DNA of 64,000 bases. It comes from an uncultured virus (IMG/VR IMGVR_UViG_3300042888_000268) (lineage: Duplodnaviria > Heunggongvirae > Uroviricota > Caudoviricetes). Below the pieces are notes generated by a model. The model searched no databases. It saw only the letters and a list, made by a program, of their open reading frames with translations, and had not been told where the DNA came from. Positions 58,950 to 64,000 of the stretch are shown here, one piece after another. Within the stretch, counting starts at the first letter, position 1. The number at the start of each line of letters is the position of its first letter. The position numbers and the translations under genes are program-made. The stretch lies in the IMG/VR virus record IMGVR_UViG_3300042888_000268; one strand, 5' to 3'.

Positions 58950-59587
58950 TTTTTATCTTCTATTATCTTGGTTACTAATGAATTACATGCTTTCTTTAAA
59001 GCACTTGATAGGTTCTGATTGTTAAACTTACCTCCCTCATCTACAAGTAATGTAGACATAGAGATTTCATCTGCAGACTCTTCTACTAAGAATTTCTTTT
59101 CTAGCTTGCCGTCTTTATAATAAAATCCCTGCAATCTAATTACAACGGATTCTTTATTCTTATGTATTATAGATAGACTAGATTGTGTCTTTAGAACATC
59201 TAAATAAATTATATCTACCTTTAACATGTTCTTTGATGTAGGATCTAAAGAGATTTCTCTTTCTTGAAATACCTCTTCTAGGATGTTCTTAACACCAAAC
59301 TCTAATTTTCTGTTACCAGCAAGATTACCTATCTGTACCTTGTTAGTGATAGCTCCTATAGTAATGTCTTTAGGACCTTCATATGAAATATTACCAGGAC
59401 TGTTTTTAAATGTCCCGTCAAACTTCCAATTAAACTCATTAGACATCTGCTGAAGCTTTTCCTGATTACCAGAAAACTCTAAGTATAAAGAATAAAACAT
59501 TAAACCTAGAGCAAAGATTAACCATGCTCCTAGAAAAGTTAAAAAACCATAAAATATATACTCACGTATCTTATACAACACTACCAT
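58946..59587 (-). CDS. Membrane-anchored CsgG/TolB-N-like protein
   Basis: N-terminal TM helix; ITIGAITN..LEFGVKNILEE..SSALKKAC resembles the second CsgG-like protein (GLGVANI../ATKKALDIAC). Confidence 0.45.
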   Translation of the reverse strand: MVVLYKIREYIFYGFLTFLGAWLIFALGLMFYSLYLEFSGNQEKLQQMSNEFNWKFDGTFKNSPGNISYEGPKDITIGAITNKVQIGNLAGNRKLEFGVKNILEEVFQEREISLDPTSKNMLKVDIIYLDVLKTQSSLSIIHKNKESVVIRLQGFYYKDGKLEKKFLVEESADEISMSTLLVDEGGKFNNQNLSSALKKACNSLVTKIIEDKK

Positions 59588-59620
59588 ATCTTAAATTTTT
59601 GCAAGAAAAAAGGGTAGAAA

Positions 59621-59743
59621 TTATCTACCCTGTCCTCTATATTTACTAATTTTTTTAGCCTTGGGGCCAGAAGTCTTGGTAGCTTTTCCTCCTTTACGCT
59701 TACCAAAACTGATCTTACGACTGTCTGATTTTACTTTAGCCAT
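59621..59743 (-). CDS. Small basic peptide (40 aa) ending YRGQGR
   Basis: Read manually: MAKVKSDSRKISFGKRKGGKATKTSGPKAKKISKYRGQGR. Confidence 0.7.
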   Translation of the reverse strand: MAKVKSDSRKISFGKRKGGKATKTSGPKAKKISKYRGQGR

Positions 59744-59760
59744 TGTGGTTTTTTTAAATA

Positions 59761-60378
59761 TTATACAAGTAGGGTGTGAAACTCTTTAAAATGTTTGATA
59801 CGATCAGCTAAACCAATAGTACCACCATTAACTCTTTTTGTGATCTTTGTAACCACTTCATCAGTGGCACCTGTATCTGCAATTTCATTAAGTTTATTCT
59901 TAGACCAGAACCATGCTGCAGAAGTTAGAGCATGTGTTGAAGCTACTGAATCAGGATTAACTGACATATCTACACCAATTGATTTACCAAACGCTGTATA
60001 GTTATCTTTACCAGTTAACTGGATGTAACCACGGCCTCTAAATTTATAACCATCACCAGATGCTTCAGCACCGTTACCCATACGTCCACCATATACAAGA
60101 TTTGCAATCTTCTCAGGCTTTTTAGCATAAGCAGCTGCTTTAGGTTCATCAACTGTACCATCTGGACGCTTAAAATACTTTTTAAATATACCTACTAAGC
60201 CTTTAGCAGAGTAGTTAAGGTTTTCTTGTGTAACTCTAAATCCACCAGATTCATGACCAGCTTGAGCTAAGAAATGAGCTAAACGTAATGCAGTGTTAAC
60301 ACCAAACTTTTCTTGTATAGAAGGAATCTGAGCAATAACTGTATCAGGAACATGTCCTTTTAAACGAGATAAGTCCAT
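59761..60378 (-). CDS. Endolysin, glycoside hydrolase family 19-like
   Basis: FLAQAGHESGGF..ENLNYS..FRGRGYIQLTG..SAAWFW..TKRVNGG. Confidence 0.92.
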   Translation of the reverse strand: MDLSRLKGHVPDTVIAQIPSIQEKFGVNTALRLAHFLAQAGHESGGFRVTQENLNYSAKGLVGIFKKYFKRPDGTVDEPKAAAYAKKPEKIANLVYGGRMGNGAEASGDGYKFRGRGYIQLTGKDNYTAFGKSIGVDMSVNPDSVASTHALTSAAWFWSKNKLNEIADTGATDEVVTKITKRVNGGTIGLADRIKHFKEFHTLLV

Positions 60379-60380
60379 AA

Positions 60381-60551
60381 CTAAGCCTTGTTTTTAGGTT
60401 TGTAATATCTTTTCTTCTTTTTAGGAGCTGCTTCTTCAGCAACAACTACTTCTTTTTTAGCTTTAGGAACTTCTTGTTTAACTGCAGGAGCAACCACTGC
60501 TTTTGCAGGAGCTGAAAACAAACCTTTAAAAAACGCAATAATTTTCTTCAT
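60381..60551 (-). CDS. Small Lys/Ala-rich protein (56 aa)
   Basis: Read manually: MKKIIAFFKGLFSAPAKA...KKKKRYYKPKNKA. Confidence 0.65.
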   Translation of the reverse strand: MKKIIAFFKGLFSAPAKAVVAPAVKQEVPKAKKEVVVAEEAAPKKKKRYYKPKNKA

Positions 60552-60552
60552 A

Positions 60553-61212
60553 CTATTTCTTTAATTTTATCTTCCAATAAGATTGAATACCATAAGTGAT
60601 AGGACCGTTAATTTCAGTACCTATATTCAATCCATAAATATGATCTTTTTTATTCTTTAATAACAATCCAGCACTAGCTCCTGTAATTCCAAGAGTTTGA
60701 TTACCATTTATACCACCACCCAAAAACATTTGAGTCTTAGGCTTTTCATAATGCTGTATAGTAACAGTGTTAGTTATTGTAGGAATCTTATAGTTAGACC
60801 TCACTGATCTACCTCTAAGACTATTCTGGTTCACTGTATCTGTAATAGCTACATAACCAAGGGTATCTATTCTAATAGTATCTTTAAATTCTACAAGAGC
60901 CATATACTTACCTAATAAGTCATTATACTGAGCTAAAAGCTTAGGATAATTAGTATCAGCTATATATTCTGGAGGAGTGGCAATAGTGTCATGTAACACC
61001 TTACCCTTCAAAGTCATTGTCTTATAAATAGTTGTATCATGTACAGACCAACTAGTATCATGTACAACAGTTGTATCTGATTTTTTACCACTAAAGTTTA
61101 CATAGCCACAACCGCCTTGTTGAAAAAACAACACTACAATTAAAATAACTATAATTATACTAAGATACTTCATTTGACTTCTTTTTAAATGAGAACTTGT
61201 CTGCAGTATCAC
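60553..61212 (-). CDS. Putative spanin/lysis accessory protein
   Basis: Likely start MKYLSII; N-terminal TM, DTxxxxDT repeats, C-terminal beta hairpins; lies between holin-like genes and the endolysin. Confidence 0.5.
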   Translation of the reverse strand: MILQTSSHLKRSQMKYLSIIIVILIVVLFFQQGGCGYVNFSGKKSDTTVVHDTSWSVHDTTIYKTMTLKGKVLHDTIATPPEYIADTNYPKLLAQYNDLLGKYMALVEFKDTIRIDTLGYVAITDTVNQNSLRGRSVRSNYKIPTITNTVTIQHYEKPKTQMFLGGGINGNQTLGITGASAGLLLKNKKDHIYGLNIGTEINGPITYGIQSYWKIKLKK

Positions 61213-61408
61213 CGCCTATAGCAGCTATACATATGAACATTACAGCGTCTACTAAAGCGTCAGAAGGTTTAATATCTCCATGACTAAAGCTATTGGCTGT
61301 TAATGTTATACATAAGAATAATGCACACATAAAGCCTACAACAGGCTTAATTGATGTAGAGCCACGCTCATCTTTAAAAAGGTCTAAAGCCCAATCTTTA
61401 AAATTCAT
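61160..61408 (-). CDS. Holin-like two-TM protein
   Basis: 82 aa, two TM segments, basic tail, in the lysis cluster. Confidence 0.55.
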   Translation of the reverse strand: MNFKDWALDLFKDERGSTSIKPVVGFMCALFLCITLTANSFSHGDIKPSDALVDAVMFICIAAIGGDTADKFSFKKKSNEVS

Positions 61409-61683
61409 CTTTTAAATTTAAATTTGTTATCAACTAAGACAGCATATATAACCTCTTTCTCTCTTTTAGGAATAAATGGTGAAGGGGTTGTATTACTAGT
61501 CTTGAACATTTGACGCTCTATGTTATCAATACGGGTCTTGTCTATATTAGACTGAGCCATTAGTAACTTTACATCAGACTTAATCTCATTTACATCATTC
61601 CAAATGAGCAAGCTAACTAATGATACAAGTGTTGGGAATACCCAAACTTTAAATGCAGCTATAGAAGGGTTGTCTTTAGTCAT
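61405..61683 (-). CDS. Single-TM coiled-coil protein (holin/antiholin-like)
   Basis: TM followed by heptads ending RIDNIE. Confidence 0.5.
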   Translation of the reverse strand: MTKDNPSIAAFKVWVFPTLVSLVSLLIWNDVNEIKSDVKLLMAQSNIDKTRIDNIERQMFKTSNTTPSPFIPKREKEVIYAVLVDNKFKFKR

Positions 61684-61695
61684 TTTTAGTTAAGA

Positions 61696-61977
61696 TTATA
61701 CTGTTTTTAACACCTTGAACTCATATACTGACCCTTGAGGCTTTACTAAGCTGATAGTCAATGAGTTAGGGATGATTTTACCAGTTGAATCTTTACGTAC
61801 AAAATAACGTAAGCCTGAAGGTTGTTTAACCACTGCTTGTCCAGCACCAGCTGCTACGTTTTGAGCAGGGATACTAATACTATCTGCAGGAATGTTACGT
61901 GGTGCCTCAACAGACATCATTGTACCCGGAATAGGGAAGCCTAAGGCGTCTTTTTGGGCATAAAACTTTTTAGCCAT
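61696..61977 (-). CDS. Small putative virion protein
   Basis: 93 aa with an internal duplication (FYAQKDALGFPIPGT / YFVRKDSTGKIIPNS); first gene after a TATATTA motif. Confidence 0.55.
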   Translation of the reverse strand: MAKKFYAQKDALGFPIPGTMMSVEAPRNIPADSISIPAQNVAAGAGQAVVKQPSGLRYFVRKDSTGKIIPNSLTISLVKPQGSVYEFKVLKTV

Positions 61978-62091
61978 TGTATAAATAATTTAAAATATAA
62001 ACTTAGAACATGTAGAATTTGTATAATCCCTACAATATAATATACGAAATATTCAGGAAATTATCTACATTTGTGAACATAAAATCTATAT

Positions 62092-62583
62092 ATGAACCAA
62101 CAACAATACGCCAGCCGTTTAGAGAAAAAGCTTATAGACAAGTTTAAAGAAGACTTTTTTAACAAATTTGAGTACTATCCTGTGGTTTTAACCAAAATTA
62201 ACCTGATTACAGATGAATCTGATAGAACTGCATTAATCAGTTTAGATGAGTTAGAATCCTATTTTACCCCATTTTTACCTATCAGGTACGATAAAGTGGT
62301 GCACTTAAAGCAAAAGCTTAGAATAAGAGAAATCACTGAACTAAGGTCTATTTTCTGCTTCTTAGCTAGAAATATGAGCTATTCTCTTAAAACTATTGGA
62401 GAATACCTTAACGGGAGAGACCACACTACAGTAATTCATTCAGTTAACACCTTTAAAGATTTAATTGAAACCTGCCCGGTATTTAGAGAGAAGTATCATA
62501 GAGTATTAGATAATATTAAACAAATAAACAATATAACAGATGAGTCACCAATTATGGAATGTTTGCAGAAAATACAGTATTAG
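62092..62583 (+). CDS. DnaA C-terminal (domain IV) HTH protein
   Basis: LRSIFCFLARNMSYSLKTIGEYLNGRDHTTVIHSV; no AAA+ domain. Confidence 0.85.
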   Translation: MNQQQYASRLEKKLIDKFKEDFFNKFEYYPVVLTKINLITDESDRTALISLDELESYFTPFLPIRYDKVVHLKQKLRIREITELRSIFCFLARNMSYSLKTIGEYLNGRDHTTVIHSVNTFKDLIETCPVFREKYHRVLDNIKQINNITDESPIMECLQKIQY

Positions 62584-63097
62584 CCCTAATCAGCTGTATT
62601 ATTTAGATAGTTGTAGAGAAAAAATTGTACCTAGCCAAGTTATTAATACTGAGGCTCAAAGAGTTGTATGTGAACAGAGAGGATGGATAAGCCCTGATGG
62701 TAAGTTAACAGAAGGAGCATTATATATTTTAGATGAATTTGAAACATTTCTAAAGAAGACTAAGTCTAGAATTACAAAAGAAATTTTAGGTGATGATTTT
62801 ATAAAAAATGTAAATGAATACAGGGAAATGTTTCCTGCTAACAGACTGCCTTCTAAAGAGTTAGGTAGACAAATGCCTGCTGAGCTTACAAAGAAGTTTG
62901 TAGAGTTCTTTAAGAAGTACCCCCAATATGATTGGGAATTAGTTTTGGATGCAACGGATTATTACGTAAATTACTATAAGAAGCTAGACTATAAATTTAT
63001 GGCTACTAGTAGTTATTTTATACTTAAAAATGACACGTCTAAATTAGCAGACACTTGTCAAGCTATATTAGATGACCCTAAAATATTAAATATTTAA
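62540..63097 (+). CDS. Hypothetical replication-module protein
   Basis: 185 aa between the DnaA-like gene and DnaB. Confidence 0.65.
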   Translation: MSHQLWNVCRKYSISPNQLYYLDSCREKIVPSQVINTEAQRVVCEQRGWISPDGKLTEGALYILDEFETFLKKTKSRITKEILGDDFIKNVNEYREMFPANRLPSKELGRQMPAELTKKFVEFFKKYPQYDWELVLDATDYYVNYYKKLDYKFMATSSYFILKNDTSKLADTCQAILDDPKILNI

Positions 63098-63175
63098 AAA
63101 TAATTTAAATATTTTTTGGAAGTTATAAACACATTTATTAACTTCACATCCCTCAAAATTACAAAAACACAGTGT

Positions 63176-63379
63176 ATGACAGATTATGAAAAAGAGATAG
63201 AAGATAAATTCTATCAAGTTACTATTCCTCTTAATGAGAAGAAATCAATCTACGGAATTAGTTTAGATGGTTTTAAATTAGCTGTTAATAATTTAATGAC
63301 TAAAGCTGTTCTAGAAGGAAAGATAGAAACATTAAATGAAGTTAGAGTGGATCTTAAGAACATTGTAACCACTTTATAA
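63176..63379 (+). CDS. Hypothetical protein
   Basis: Likely start MTDYEK; TAATG-coupled to the helicase. Confidence 0.65.
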   Translation: MTDYEKEIEDKFYQVTIPLNEKKSIYGISLDGFKLAVNNLMTKAVLEGKIETLNEVRVDLKNIVTTL

Positions 63380-64000
63380 TGTCAGAAAAGAAAGAAAGAC
63401 TTTACGGTGCTAGAAAGTATTCAGAAATCTTAACAGAGACTGCTAAATACGTAGATGATAGACGTAAAGGAAACATTAAATCTTTACTAACACCTTGGCC
63501 TGGGCTTAACAAAGCTGGTGTCAACGGTATAGAATGGGGCTCTCTTATTACAATTGGTGCAAGACCTGGTGCTGGTAAGACACTTATTGTAAGTCAGATT
63601 TTAAGAGAAGCTCGTAAGTTAAATCCTGGACAAGACTTTAACATCTTAGAGTTCCAATTTGAAATGGGAGCTAAACAGTCAGGCTCTAGAGCTTTTGCTG
63701 CAGAGACTGCTCTTGACTATAATCAAATCTTAAGTACTACACAAGCTCTTGATGACTATAGTTATAATCTATTATTAAAGTATATTAAAGAGACTGAATT
63801 ACTAGAGAGTCAAGGTATACATAGATTACAAATAAATAATCCTATTAACAATAGAGAGATAGTAGATGCTATTAAACAATTTTATGTTGCTCTTGGTAGC
63901 AAGCCGTTAATAGTGACTATTGACCATAGCTGGTTAATTAAAAAAGCACCAGATGAGAAAGAAAAGATTGCTACATTGTACAACACTGTAGAAGCCTTAA
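63379..64000 (+). CDS. dnaB: DnaB-like replicative helicase (partial)
   Basis: Read manually: TPWPGLN..LITIGARPGAGKT..FQFEM..VTIDH; runs off the window. Confidence 0.88.
   Translation, partial: MSEKKERLYGARKYSEILTETAKYVDDRRKGNIKSLLTPWPGLNKAGVNGIEWGSLITIGARPGAGKTLIVSQILREARKLNPGQDFNILEFQFEMGAKQSGSRAFAAETALDYNQILSTTQALDDYSYNLLLKYIKETELLESQGIHRLQINNPINNREIVDAIKQFYVALGSKPLIVTIDHSWLIKKAPDEKEKIATLYNTVEAL

Noticed and set aside
52926..60001. ORFs at 52926, 53250, 54335, 55299, 56096, 57468, 57592, 58529 and 59795
   Set aside because: Alternate-frame or antisense shadows of the envelope and lysis genes.
1..64000. Stop-codon reassignment as in some crAss-like phages
   Set aside because: Terminase, portal, MCP and fibre genes are full length in code 11, TAG and TGA serve as real stops, and no suppressor tRNA is seen.

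Overview
AT-rich segment of a large lytic tailed phage with crAss-like (Crassvirales-related) organisation, probably infecting an environmental Bacteroidota host. Host evidence: A-rich leaders without Shine-Dalgarno, TAnnTTTG promoter elements, and signal peptides cleaved before Gln. No integrase, rRNA or host housekeeping genes are present, and the genes read in standard code 11. Layout: (1) 1-31982, minus strand: late structural block with very large modular tail fibres, tail/neck and capsid proteins, ferritin-like protein, major capsid, portal, large terminase, an atypical tRNA-like gene, PD-(D/E)XK nuclease, IHF-like, GNAT and PRTase-like genes. (2) About 32040-32240: GC-rich divergent switch, then an array of about 11 [hairpin - ACCCCTGA - small ORF or ncRNA] cassettes. 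(3) 35580-41580: small genes among many structured ORF-free tracts and a tmRNA with a 27-codon tag. (4) 41600-52313: middle genes (SF2 helicase, NinB-like, UNG, MoxR AAA+ and vWA). (5) 52303-59587, minus strand: an exported/outer-membrane module (two CsgG-like proteins, two beta-barrel candidates, a cohesin/dockerin-like protein, a lipoprotein resembling a free T9SS sorting domain), downstream of the lysis genes. (6) 62092 to end: DnaA domain-IV protein and DnaB helicase. All family calls come from motif recognition by eye, not database searches.
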